DNA of 35,365 bases, taken from positions 1-35,365 of the forward strand of contig JBQTJP010000109.1 of assembly GCA_052386995.1 (NCBI GenBank), written 5' to 3'. The notes beneath the pieces were generated by a model that saw only the letters and a program-made list of their open reading frames with translations, did no database searches and was not told the origin of the DNA. Both the position numbers and the translations under genes were made by a program. Numbering within the stretch: position 1 is the stretch's first letter; every line of letters begins with the position of its first letter. Below, piece after piece: positions 9,588 through 19,128 of the stretch. This DNA comes from Armatimonadota bacterium (GTDB lineage Bacteria > Sysuimicrobiota > Sysuimicrobiia > Sysuimicrobiales > Humicultoraceae).

Positions 9588-10285
9588 CGCCGGACCCGGG
9601 CCGCCTGGCGCTCCCAGGTGGCCAGCAGCGCGGCCGAGTCCATGACCAAGCCCAGGTGCAGCGAGACGATGCGCAGCGCGGCGTCCTCGATCTCAGGTGA
9701 GAACCCGCGCACCAGGTCGCGCGGCACGACGACCCGATAGTCGCGGTTGGCGGCGTCGAAGGCTGCGTTGAGCACGCAGCAGTCCGTCATGCCGCCGGTC
9801 AGGACCACGGTCCGGCTGCGCAACTGCCGCAGCAGAAACTCCAGATCGGTCGCGTAGAAGATCGAGAGACGCTTCTTCGTATCCACGATCAGATCGCCGG
9901 CGGCAACCTCGGTCATCAGTTCGACCCAGCGTGTGCCCATCAGGCCGTGCCGGTCGATGCCGGGGATCGGGCCGACCGTCACCGGAAACGTCAGGCGCCA
10001 GGCGGAGAGGAAGCCTTTCGTGTCGTCGATCCCGCCGGGCCGCAGGCCAGTCTTCACGTGGATCACGGGTACGCCCAGGCGCCTGGCGGCCCGATGGAAC
10101 TCGTTGATCGGCTCGATGATCTCGCGGCCCCGGGGCGATGGACAGGGGCAGTCCGGGCTCTCGTCCAGGTGGCCACGGTGCATGTCGATGCTGACCGCGG
10201 CCGTGACGCGCGGATCGAGCCACTCTTCGAAGCCTTCTGGAATGGGCTTGCGCTCCCCGAAGAAGTACGCTTCCATTGCCTTCAC
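9584..10285 (-). CDS. Isochorismatase-family cysteine hydrolase
   Basis: Asp-Lys-Cys triad contexts SIDMH, TKKRLSIF, GGMTDCCV; start may be ATG 10276. Confidence 0.88.
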   Translation of the reverse strand: MKAMEAYFFGERKPIPEGFEEWLDPRVTAAVSIDMHRGHLDESPDCPCPSPRGREIIEPINEFHRAARRLGVPVIHVKTGLRPGGIDDTKGFLSAWRLTFPVTVGPIPGIDRHGLMGTRWVELMTEVAAGDLIVDTKKRLSIFYATDLEFLLRQLRSRTVVLTGGMTDCCVLNAAFDAANRDYRVVVPRDLVRGFSPEIEDAALRIVSLHLGLVMDSAALLATWERQAARVRR

Positions 10286-10312
10286 CTCGTCTCTGGAACT
10301 CCTCCGCGTGCG

Positions 10313-11236
10313 TCAGGCTTCCCGGAAGTAGTTCCGCCCCAGCGCCGCGGGCACGGAGGTCTGGCGCCGAAGTACGGTGATCAGCAGCAGCACCCCCAGC
10401 GTAAACACGTACGGCAGCATGCGCAAAAGAATCGACGACGTCTCCACGCCCAGGATCTGCACGCGGAAGCCGAGCGCGTCCACGGCTCCAAACAGGTAAG
10501 CTCCCGCCAGGAGTCGGAGCGGATTCCATGTCGCGAAAATGACGAGCGCAATCGCGATCCATCCCAGGCCGCCGGTCATATTCTCCGTCCAGGCCGGCGT
10601 GTAGGCCAGCGAGAGGTACCCGCCGGCCAGACCCGCAAGCGCTCCGCCGGCGGTCACGGCGGCATAGCGTGTCACCGTCACATTCACGCCCATCGCGTCG
10701 GCGGCCTCCGGGTTTTCTCCGCACGCGCGGAGGTGAAGCCCGGGCCGTGTCCGGGACAGCCACCACCATGCGGCCACGGCGAGCGCATACCCGGCGTAGA
10801 CCAGCAGATCCTGCGTAAAGAGCACGCGACCGACGATGGGAATCTCGCTCACGGCCGGGATCGCGACCGGCCGGAACGGCACCGGGTTGGGAATGCCGAT
10901 GAACGGCTTGCCGAGAAACGCGCTGAGCCCCGTGCCAAAGAGCGCGAGCGCAAGTCCGGTCGTCACCTGCTCGGAGCCCAACGTGACCGTGAGAAAAGCA
11001 TGGCCCGCCGCGAGGGCCGCGCCGGCAGCCAGCGCTACGACCACAGCCAACCAGGGGTTGCGGGTTACGGCCGCCACCGCAAACCCCGCCACGGCACCGG
11101 TCAGCATCATGCCTTCGACGCCGAGATTCAGCACGCCGCTGCGCTCGGCCAGGACCTCGCCGATGCCGGCAAAAATCAGCGGCGCGCCGGACGCAACCGC
11201 GGCAGCGAGCAGCAGGACGATCTGCTCTCCGCTCAT
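10313..11236 (-). CDS. ABC nucleoside/sugar transporter permease (YufQ/NupC-like)
   Basis: ERSGVLNLGVEGMML, LRACGENPEAADAMG, GWIAIALVIFATWNP; ATG 11236 overlaps the upstream stop. Confidence 0.9.
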   Translation of the reverse strand: MSGEQIVLLLAAAVASGAPLIFAGIGEVLAERSGVLNLGVEGMMLTGAVAGFAVAAVTRNPWLAVVVALAAGAALAAGHAFLTVTLGSEQVTTGLALALFGTGLSAFLGKPFIGIPNPVPFRPVAIPAVSEIPIVGRVLFTQDLLVYAGYALAVAAWWWLSRTRPGLHLRACGENPEAADAMGVNVTVTRYAAVTAGGALAGLAGGYLSLAYTPAWTENMTGGLGWIAIALVIFATWNPLRLLAGAYLFGAVDALGFRVQILGVETSSILLRMLPYVFTLGVLLLITVLRRQTSVPAALGRNYFREA

Positions 11237-12357
11237 GCCGCTCCACCCGCCAGCGGGTACCCGGCCGCGCGTGTCGCGGCGAGCGCGCGTTTCCGGCGAA
11301 TGTGCCGCAGCAGATATTCGCTCGCGAGCACGAACGTGAGGATCAGCGCCTGCAGCATGTACGCGATCGCGGCCGGCACGCCCGTCATCTGGATGACGAA
11401 GCCGCCGTTGAGGAGCGCGGCGAACAGCACACCGACGGCGACGACGGCCCACGGATTCAGCTGTGCGACCCAGGCGATGATGATGGCCGTGTATCCATAC
11501 CCGGGCGACAACCCCTGCTGGATGCGGTGAATCACGCCGGCCACTTCGCCGGCCCCGGCGAGCCCGGCGAGCGCGCCGCTGGTGGCCATGATCAGCAGGA
11601 TATTCCGGCGTATCGGCATGCCGGCGTACCGGGCCGCGGCCAGACTGGCGCCGATCGCGCGGATCTCGTAGCCCCAGCGCGTGCGACCGAGCACGATCGC
11701 CAGCCCGGCCGCCGCGGCGAGCGCGAAGAGCAGGCCCACGTGCACGCCGCCCCACAAGGCCGGGAACGCCGCTGCGTCGGCAAACCGGCGCGAGTACGGA
11801 AAACTGAACGCGGTGGGATCGGCCCACGATCCGAAGACGAGATAGTCCACCCAGAGCAACGCGACGTAGTTGAGCATCAGCGTCGAGATGATCTCGCTCA
11901 TGCCCAGCGCCGCCCGCAGCGCCCCCGGGATGAGCGCCCAGGCGGCTCCACCGGCAAGCCCGAGCACCACGAGCCCCGGAACCATCAGGACCGGCGGCAG
12001 CGGAACGGTGAGCGCCAGCCACGATGCCGCGATCGCGCCGACGGCCAACTGGCCTTCCGCGCCGATGTTCCATAGGCCCATGGTGAAGGCCAGCGACACC
12101 CCGAGCCCGGTCAGGATGAGCGGAATCGCCTTGATGAGGGTTTGCTCGATGCCAAACGTCGAGCCGAACGCGCCGACCAGCATCTCGCGATAGGCCCGCA
12201 CCGGATCGTGCCCGCTCGCGGCAAGGAAGACCGCACCCGCCGCCAGCGCGGCGAGAACCGACCCCACCCGGATGCCGAGCGCCTCGAGCCAGCCCGGCAC
12301 CTGCGGCCCGACGGCGGCCGCGGCCTCATTCAGCGGCTGCGCCGTCGCCCGCGCCAT
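11233..12357 (-). CDS. ABC nucleoside/sugar transporter permease (YufP/NupB-like)
   Basis: WNIGAEGQ, EIISTLMLNY, GYEIRAIG...AARYAG, GYGYTAIIIAW. Confidence 0.9.
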   Translation of the reverse strand: MARATAQPLNEAAAAVGPQVPGWLEALGIRVGSVLAALAAGAVFLAASGHDPVRAYREMLVGAFGSTFGIEQTLIKAIPLILTGLGVSLAFTMGLWNIGAEGQLAVGAIAASWLALTVPLPPVLMVPGLVVLGLAGGAAWALIPGALRAALGMSEIISTLMLNYVALLWVDYLVFGSWADPTAFSFPYSRRFADAAAFPALWGGVHVGLLFALAAAAGLAIVLGRTRWGYEIRAIGASLAAARYAGMPIRRNILLIMATSGALAGLAGAGEVAGVIHRIQQGLSPGYGYTAIIIAWVAQLNPWAVVAVGVLFAALLNGGFVIQMTGVPAAIAYMLQALILTFVLASEYLLRHIRRKRALAATRAAGYPLAGGAA

Positions 12358-13862
12358 CAGGCCGCGGTGCCTCCCGCCATCATCATGCCGATCTCTTCGC
12401 GCGTTGCCGCGGCGGTGGGGCGTTCGCCGGCGATCCGTCCGCGATGCAGAACCGCAATGCGATCGGAGACCGCAAAGAGCTCCTCCAGGCTTTCAGAGAC
12501 CAGCAGGACCGCGACCCCGGCGGCGCGCAGCTCCAGGAGCACCCGGTGGACGGCGGCGGTGGCCTCGATATCCAATCCGCGTGTGGGATGCATGGCGACC
12601 AGCACGCGCGGGCGCGCCCAGGTCTCGCGGCCCACCAGCAGCCGCTGCTGGTTGCCGCCCGAGAGATGGCGCACCGGCGTCTCCAGGTCGGCGGCGCGCA
12701 CCTGGAAGCGATCGACGATCGCGGCCGCTTTTGCGCGGGCCTCACGGCGTCTGAAGAAGGGGCCGCGGCTGATGGGCGGCGACCCGTAGTCGCGGAGCAC
12801 GGCGTTGTTGACGACGGAAAACGCCCCGATCAACCCTTCGCCGAGCCGATCTTCAGGAATGTAGGCGATGCCCTGCGCGAAGCGCAGGCGCGGGGCGAGG
12901 GACGTGATGTCCCGGCCTTCGAACCGGATGCGACCGGCGCTGGGCGCCCTGAGCCCGGTGATGACCTCCGCCAGTTCGCGCTGCCCATTTCCCGCTACGC
13001 CGGCCACGCCGACGATCTCTCCGGCCCGAACGTCGAGCGTCTCGATGTGCAGCGCGCGATGGCCGCGGTCGCCATAGGCCACGATGCCGTCGAGCGCGAG
13101 GACCCCGGCGCCGGGCGCACCCGGCGGCCGCGGCGCCGCGTCGATCTCGTGTCCGACCATCATCTGAGCCAGTGCCCGTGGCGTGGTCGCGTCCGGCCGG
13201 GTCCTGCCCGCGACACGGCCGCCGCGCAGTACCACGATCTGGTCGGCGATCCCCAGGACTTCGTCGAGTTTGTGGCTGATGAAGACAACGGCGCGCCCCT
13301 GACGGGCGATTCCCCGGATGGCGATGAAGAGCCGCCGCACCTCCTGTGGGGTGAGGACCGCGGTTGGCTCATCGAGGATCAGCACGCGCGCGTCGCGATA
13401 GAGCATCTTCGCGATCTCGACCCGCTGGCGCTCGCCCACCGAGAGCTGCCAGACGTAGGCGTGGGGGTCGATGCCCATGCCGTGCTCGGCGGCCATGCCC
13501 TGCGCGTGCGCCGCCTCGGCCCGGGTGTTCAACCGGAAGCGCGGCGTGTGCCAGCCGAGCAAGATGTTTTCGGTGACGGTGAAGGCCTCGACGAGACGGA
13601 AGTGCTGGTGGACCATCCCGATGCCGCGCGCGATGGCGTCGCGCGGCGACCGGAGCTCCACCGGCTCGCTCTGGAGGCGGATCGTCCCGGCATCCGGGCG
13701 GTAGAGGCCCGCCAGGATGCTCATGAGGGTGGACTTTCCCGCGCCGTTTTCGCCGAGCAGGGCCAGTACTTCCCCGGGGCCGATCGCAAGATCGATGCCC
13801 GCGTTCGCCACGACCCCGGGGAAGGTCTTCGTGATGCCCTGCAGTTCGACAAGCGGCCGCAT
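12357..13862 (-). CDS. ABC transporter ATP-binding protein with two ABC domains (YufO/NupA-like)
   Basis: GENGAGKST, LSVGERQR, LILDEPT, second domain GVAGNGQ and LSGGNQQR. Confidence 0.94.
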   Translation of the reverse strand: MRPLVELQGITKTFPGVVANAGIDLAIGPGEVLALLGENGAGKSTLMSILAGLYRPDAGTIRLQSEPVELRSPRDAIARGIGMVHQHFRLVEAFTVTENILLGWHTPRFRLNTRAEAAHAQGMAAEHGMGIDPHAYVWQLSVGERQRVEIAKMLYRDARVLILDEPTAVLTPQEVRRLFIAIRGIARQGRAVVFISHKLDEVLGIADQIVVLRGGRVAGRTRPDATTPRALAQMMVGHEIDAAPRPPGAPGAGVLALDGIVAYGDRGHRALHIETLDVRAGEIVGVAGVAGNGQRELAEVITGLRAPSAGRIRFEGRDITSLAPRLRFAQGIAYIPEDRLGEGLIGAFSVVNNAVLRDYGSPPISRGPFFRRREARAKAAAIVDRFQVRAADLETPVRHLSGGNQQRLLVGRETWARPRVLVAMHPTRGLDIEATAAVHRVLLELRAAGVAVLLVSESLEELFAVSDRIAVLHRGRIAGERPTAAATREEIGMMMAGGTAA

Positions 13863-13866
13863 CGTC

Positions 13867-14955
13867 TTATTTGGCCGGCGCCTGCCCTTCGATGCCCTTC
13901 AGCAGCCAGTTGAATTCCAGGATCTCTTTGAGCGTCATCGTCTTGCCGGCCGCCACGCGCTCCTTGCCGGTCTGGTCGGAGAGCGGACCTTTGAAGACCT
14001 GGAACGAGCCGTCCATGATGGCTTTCTTGCGCTGCTCGACCAGGTTGACGGCATCGGCCGGCACCTTCGGGCTCATGGGGCCGAGGCTCACCATCTTGTC
14101 CGAGAGGCCGCCGTAGTAGTCTTCGGATTTGAACTGCTTGTTGAGAATGCCCTTGACGATCGCGGCGTCGACCTCGCGCCAGTCCCAGATGGTGCCGGTG
14201 AGATACGCGTCGGGCGCAAAGCCCTTCATGTTGGATTCCGAGCCCACGCCGTATCGCTTGGCTTCGCCCGCGGCCTGGAGAGCGCTGGGGGTATCCTGGT
14301 GCTGGCCCACGACGTCCGCGCCGGCATCCAGCAGCGCTTTCGCGGCGGACTTCTCCTTCGGCGGGTCGTACCAGGTGTTGGTCCACACGACCTTGACCTT
14401 GGCCTTGGGATTCGTGGACCAGACGCCGAGCGCAAACGCGTTCACGCCCGCCACCACGGTCGTGATGGGATGAGCGGCGACGAAGCCGATGGTGTTCGAT
14501 TTCGTCATCCGGCCCGCCACGAGGCCGGTGAGGTAGCGGCCGTCCCAGATGCGGCCGTAGATCAACTTCATGTTGGGCGGCAGGTCCACCACCGCCGGGC
14601 CGATGCCGATGATGTGCGCGTCGGTGTGCTTCTTGGCGATGTCAACGGCGAAGTTCTGATAGCCGAATGCGGTGGCGAAGATGATCTTGTAGCCCTGCTG
14701 GATGAACTGCTCGAGCACCCTGGCGACCTCTGCGGTCTGCGGCACGTTCTCGACGAACTTGGTCTCGGCCCCCAACGTCTGCTCCAGATACTTGCGGGCC
14801 TGATCGTGCTGAAACGTCCAGCCGGCGTCGCCGACCGGGCCAACATAAATGAAGGCAACCTTGGGCTTCGTCTGCGCCACCGTCGGCCCCACGGGGCCGG
14901 CCAGCAGAGTCAGCACAACGACCGCAACGAGCACGCGAATTCCGTAGCCCATCAT
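13867..14955 (-). CDS. BMP family ABC transporter substrate-binding protein
   Basis: Signal peptide; AFIYVGPVGDAGWTFQH, WTNTWYDP, QHQDTP; GAGGAGG RBS. Confidence 0.9.
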   Translation of the reverse strand: MMGYGIRVLVAVVVLTLLAGPVGPTVAQTKPKVAFIYVGPVGDAGWTFQHDQARKYLEQTLGAETKFVENVPQTAEVARVLEQFIQQGYKIIFATAFGYQNFAVDIAKKHTDAHIIGIGPAVVDLPPNMKLIYGRIWDGRYLTGLVAGRMTKSNTIGFVAAHPITTVVAGVNAFALGVWSTNPKAKVKVVWTNTWYDPPKEKSAAKALLDAGADVVGQHQDTPSALQAAGEAKRYGVGSESNMKGFAPDAYLTGTIWDWREVDAAIVKGILNKQFKSEDYYGGLSDKMVSLGPMSPKVPADAVNLVEQRKKAIMDGSFQVFKGPLSDQTGKERVAAGKTMTLKEILEFNWLLKGIEGQAPAK

Positions 14956-14995
14956 TCCCCCTCCTCAGGATGCGACCAGTGCTCGCCCTGCACGT

Positions 14996-15811
14996 TCACC
15001 CCTCGCGCCGCCACCTCCTTTGGCCGACTACCCACACCTCGCGGCCGTCGAGCAGTGCCCGGTCGAGCCCGGCCGACGTCGCGGCCGCGCGGACCAGGGG
15101 GGAGCTCCAGCCGAGCGTGCCCTCGATCTCGGCGGGCGCCGCCGCGCCTATGATGCCGATGTAGCGCGTCAGGACGGCCGCCGCCGCGGCCTCGGTGGTC
15201 AGGTCCCCCGCCGCGCGGACGACGTCGGGCATCCACCGGTGGAACGCATCCCAGACGAACCCGTAGCGCCACTCTTCTTCCTCGCCGACCTTCGCCACCA
15301 GGAACCTCTCCTGCAAATCGTCGAGCGCCCGGTGGAACCGCGCGCCGCTCTCCCCGCGCGCCACGAACTGCCGGCGCAGCGTCCAGGTCGAGACCGGTCC
15401 GGAAGCCAGAATGTGTTCATACAGGGCTTTCGAAAGCGCGCTCAGGCGGCCTTCACGGTATGCCTGCAGGTAGTCATCGGCCTCACCGAGGTTGCCGGAG
15501 AGGGCGTAGAACGCCGGCAGCATCGCGAGCGAGATGTAGGAAGGTTTGCGGCGGATGACCTTGCCGTAGTGCACCCGGCGCGAGGTCGCCAGGTCATCTT
15601 TCCACTGCCAGGCCCACGACCACATGCGATCGATGCTGCGCGTGGCGAGCACATCGAACAGCCCCGGCAGCCCACCGGGTCCGCCGGTGAAGGCGTAGCA
15701 GAACCCCAGCCTCTCAATGAAGCGGAGCGCACTCCGTCGGTTGCGGACCCTGTGCCGACGCAGCAACAGGCGGCGATACCGCGAGAGTGCCGCAGCCGTG
15801 AGGGTGAGCAC
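14996..15811 (-). CDS. AlkZ/YcaQ-related winged-helix protein (putative DNA-repair associated)
   Basis: FIERLGFC, WQWKDDL, HYGKVIRRKPSYISL...FYAL and a wHTH-like C-half resemble AlkZ-related proteins, from family recall only. Confidence 0.5.
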   Translation of the reverse strand: MLTLTAAALSRYRRLLLRRHRVRNRRSALRFIERLGFCYAFTGGPGGLPGLFDVLATRSIDRMWSWAWQWKDDLATSRRVHYGKVIRRKPSYISLAMLPAFYALSGNLGEADDYLQAYREGRLSALSKALYEHILASGPVSTWTLRRQFVARGESGARFHRALDDLQERFLVAKVGEEEEWRYGFVWDAFHRWMPDVVRAAGDLTTEAAAAAVLTRYIGIIGAAAPAEIEGTLGWSSPLVRAAATSAGLDRALLDGREVWVVGQRRWRREG

Positions 15812-15928
15812 GTTGGTCGAATACGCGGCGGGCGAGCGCGGTTCCTTGAAGGGGTCGGTTCTGCGAGACTCGAACTGTTGCCCCCGCGTCTCCTACCACT
15901 TCAGCCACCGCGCCCCGGGAGTGATCGC

Positions 15929-17224
15929 ATGCAGGACGTCCGTGTCTCCACGCTGCCAAACGGCCTCACCGTTCTCATCCAGGAAGTGCACGACGCCCCG
16001 GTGGCGACGTTTTGGGTCTGGTACCGCGTAGGCAGCCGCAACGAGGCGCCGGGACTGACCGGTATCTCGCACTGGGTCGAGCACATGCTGTTCAAGGGGA
16101 CGCTGAACCATCCGCCGGGGACCCTCACGCGCCTCGTCGACCGGTTGGGTGGGCGCTGGAACGCCTTCACATGGAAGGATTACACGGCGTACTTCGAGCT
16201 GCTGCCCGCCGAGCACCTCAAGGTCGCGATCGGCCTGGAGGCCGACCGGATGCAGAACACGATCTTCGACGCCGAGGTGGTCGCGAGCGAGCGGACGGTG
16301 ATCATCTCCGAGCGAGAGGGAGCCGAGAACTTCCCCGGGCACTACCTGGTCGAGGAAGTGGATGCCCTGGCGTTCAAAGCGCATCCGTACCGGCAGCCGG
16401 TGATCGGGTGGAAGTCCGACCTGCGCGCCATCACGCGCGACGATCTGTATCGACACTACCGCACGTTCTACCATCCGTCGAATGCCGTTGCCGTAGCCGT
16501 CGGCGATCTCGACGCCGCCGAGGCAACCGATGCAGTCGCCGGAGCCTTCGGATCCATCCCCGCCGGCGGACCCTCGCCTGAAGTCCGGCCGGTGGAGCCT
16601 CTCCAAGAGGGAGAGCGCCGGGTTGCGCTGCGGCGTCCCGGGGGCGCCACCGCCTACCTTCTCATGGCGTTCCACGTGCCGGCCGCGGGCCATCCGGATC
16701 TGCCCGCTCTGATGGTGCTGGCCGGCGTCCTCTCCGGATTCGCACTGTTACAGTTCGACACCGGGGCGGGAGGGCGGAGCAGCCGGCTGTACCGCGCGCT
16801 GGTCGACGCCGGCCTGGCCACCGACATCGATGCAAACTTCCGGCCGAGCATCGATCCGACGCTGTTTCATGTCTACGCGACGGTGCGCAGCGGGGTTGAG
16901 GTCGCCGCCGTTGAGGCGGTAGTCAACCGCGAACTGGCCCGCCTGCGCAACGAACCCGTGGAGCCCGTGGAGTTGGAGCGTGTCAAACGTCAGGCGAAGG
17001 CGCAGTTCGTGTATATGCGAGACGGCGTGTTCCGGCGGGCACTGGCCCTCGGAGCGTTTACGGTTGTGGGTTGGGCGGAGGCGCCGTCCCGGCTGCTCGA
17101 GCTCGTTGATCGGGTCACGGCCGACGATGTCGTGAGGGTCGCGGGTACGTACCTGGTCGACCGGCGGCGGACGGTTGGCTGGTACGTCCCCGAGAACGGC
17201 GCGCATCCGGTCACGTCGCGATGA
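15929..17224 (+). CDS. M16 family zinc peptidase, catalytic subunit
   Basis: LPNGL, VGSRNE, inverted zincin HWVEHMLFKGT, NAFT, downstream ERE; start ATG 15929. Confidence 0.92.
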   Translation: MQDVRVSTLPNGLTVLIQEVHDAPVATFWVWYRVGSRNEAPGLTGISHWVEHMLFKGTLNHPPGTLTRLVDRLGGRWNAFTWKDYTAYFELLPAEHLKVAIGLEADRMQNTIFDAEVVASERTVIISEREGAENFPGHYLVEEVDALAFKAHPYRQPVIGWKSDLRAITRDDLYRHYRTFYHPSNAVAVAVGDLDAAEATDAVAGAFGSIPAGGPSPEVRPVEPLQEGERRVALRRPGGATAYLLMAFHVPAAGHPDLPALMVLAGVLSGFALLQFDTGAGGRSSRLYRALVDAGLATDIDANFRPSIDPTLFHVYATVRSGVEVAAVEAVVNRELARLRNEPVEPVELERVKRQAKAQFVYMRDGVFRRALALGAFTVVGWAEAPSRLLELVDRVTADDVVRVAGTYLVDRRRTVGWYVPENGAHPVTSR

Positions 17225-18483
17225 CATCCGTCGCGGTAGGCCAGGTGACGCGTACCGTTCTGGCCAATGGGCTGACCGCGGTCGTGAAGCCGACGCCGGG
17301 TACCGGCGCTGTCGCCCTGCACGGTCTCGTCAAGTGCGGCGCCATGTTCGACGACGCACGGCCGGGTATTGCCCGGTTTGTCGGGTCGATGCTGACGCAC
17401 GGGACGGCGCGGCGCACAGCACAACAACTGGCTGAAGACCTCGACGCGATGGGCGCCAACCTGACGGTAATCCCGGGCCTGGAGATCACGACGACAGCCG
17501 GGCGGGCGCTGCAAGACGACCTTCCTGCGCTGCTCGGTGCCGCGGCCGAGGTGCTGACGACGCCCGATTTCCCGGCCGACGAGGTCGAGAAGGTCCGCGG
17601 TCAACTGCTTACAGCGGTCCGGGTCAATTCCCTCGATACGCGGTACGCTGCCGAACGGCTCTTCAGACGCCTCGCCTATCCCGGCGGGCATCCACACAGC
17701 AGGCCTCCCGACGGCGACGAGGCTGTGCTCGCGGAACTCAGCCGTGCTGATCTTGGGGCGTTCCACCGCCGTCACTTTCGGCCAGAGGCCGCGGTCGTGG
17801 TCGTTGTTGGTGAGATTGAGTCCGGCCGCGCGGTCGATCTCATTCGCCAGGCGTTTGGGGAATGGCCGTCGTCGGGCACATGGGCGCTGCCGCGGTTCGC
17901 GGCGGACGGCGGGGTCGACGGTGTCCGGCGGGCCGAGACCCACCTTCCCGGCAAGACCCAGGCGGACCTCGCGCTGGGCGGCCCGGGGATCACCCGCACC
18001 GATCCAGACTACTATTCGTCGATGATGGCCAACCTGCTCCTCGGCCAGCTCGGAATGATGGGCCGCATCGGCGAGAGCGTGCGCGAGCGGCAGGGCATGG
18101 CCTACTATGCCTTCAGCGATCTGCGCGCGGGGCTGCTCGCGGGGCCGTGGTGGGTACGCGCCGGGGTCAACCCGGCTAACATCGACCGCGCGGTCGGCGC
18201 GATCCTGAACGAAATCCGTGCGCTGCAGCATGACGGGCCGGATGCCGATGAACTGGCCGACGCGCGCCGCTTCCTGGTGGGCTCGCTGGCCGTCCGCCTC
18301 GAGACGAGCCAGGGCGTGGCTCAGATCCTGGCCGACATCGAGCTCTACGGCCTCGGCCTCGACTATCTCCAACGGTATCCTTCAATTATCGAAGGCGTTC
18401 GACGGGACGACATCGTGGCCGCGATCCGACGGTTTCCGGTCGACGGACACACGCTCGCGATCGCCCGCCCCGAACGCTCATAG
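17221..18483 (+). CDS. M16 family peptidase, non-catalytic partner subunit
   Basis: LANGL, GIARFVGSML (HxxEH absent), VRERQGMAYY (R/Y pair); ATGA overlap with the upstream gene. Confidence 0.88.
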   Translation: MTSVAVGQVTRTVLANGLTAVVKPTPGTGAVALHGLVKCGAMFDDARPGIARFVGSMLTHGTARRTAQQLAEDLDAMGANLTVIPGLEITTTAGRALQDDLPALLGAAAEVLTTPDFPADEVEKVRGQLLTAVRVNSLDTRYAAERLFRRLAYPGGHPHSRPPDGDEAVLAELSRADLGAFHRRHFRPEAAVVVVVGEIESGRAVDLIRQAFGEWPSSGTWALPRFAADGGVDGVRRAETHLPGKTQADLALGGPGITRTDPDYYSSMMANLLLGQLGMMGRIGESVRERQGMAYYAFSDLRAGLLAGPWWVRAGVNPANIDRAVGAILNEIRALQHDGPDADELADARRFLVGSLAVRLETSQGVAQILADIELYGLGLDYLQRYPSIIEGVRRDDIVAAIRRFPVDGHTLAIARPERS

Positions 18484-19128
18484 ATGCGCATCGCTGTTCT
18501 CGGCGGCACAGGTGACCTGGGCCTGGGTCTCGTGGTGCGGTTGTCCGCTGCCGGCCATCACGTGGTGATCGGCTCGAGGGACCCCGAGCGAGGGAAAGCG
18601 GCTGCCGCGCGCCTCGGACTCCCCGACGTCCGGGGCGCGGGAAACGCCGAGGCGGCGCGCGGGGCTGATCTTGTCGTGCTGACCATCCCGTCCGAGGGAC
18701 ACGCGGAGTTCGTCCGGGCGTTGTCCGCTCCGCTGGCAGACAAGATCGTGGTGGACGCGACCGTGTCGATGGGGCCCAAGCGCGCGTTCGTGCCGCCGGC
18801 GGCCGGGTCGGCCGCCGCTGAGACCAAGGCGTTGGTGCCCGGCGCCCGCGTCGTCGCGGCCTTTCACACACTCTCCGCGCATCTGCTATCCGACACCACG
18901 CGCCCACTCGACCAGGATGTCCTGGTGTGCGGCGATGGCGCGGCAAGACCGGCCGTGATCGATCTGGTAAGCAGCATCGGGGCGCGCGGAGTCGATGCCG
19001 GCGGGCTCGGCGCGGCCGCGACGCTGGAGGTCCTGGCGATCCTTCTCATCGATCTCAACATCAGGTATCGCTGGCGCGACCTCGGGATCCGCATCGCTCA
19101 TCTGCCGGCCGATGCGCGGCCGCGATGA
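18484..19128 (+). CDS. npdG: NADPH-dependent F420 reductase (F420H2:NADP+ oxidoreductase)
   Basis: MRIAVLGGTGDLG, IGSRD, GSAA, VVAAFHTLSA, DVLVCGD, INxRY-like C-terminus; adjacent to cofE. Confidence 0.85.
   Translation: MRIAVLGGTGDLGLGLVVRLSAAGHHVVIGSRDPERGKAAAARLGLPDVRGAGNAEAARGADLVVLTIPSEGHAEFVRALSAPLADKIVVDATVSMGPKRAFVPPAAGSAAAETKALVPGARVVAAFHTLSAHLLSDTTRPLDQDVLVCGDGAARPAVIDLVSSIGARGVDAGGLGAAATLEVLAILLIDLNIRYRWRDLGIRIAHLPADARPR

Noticed and set aside
9584..10285. Nicotinamidase pncA partnering pncB
   Set aside because: It lies 6.6 kb away in a different operon and lacks the typical PncA DxH...HC metal motif.
15020..15928. N-terminal extension making a 734-aa M16 protein
   Set aside because: Overlaps the opposite-strand gene 14996-15811; M16 similarity begins at ATG 15929.
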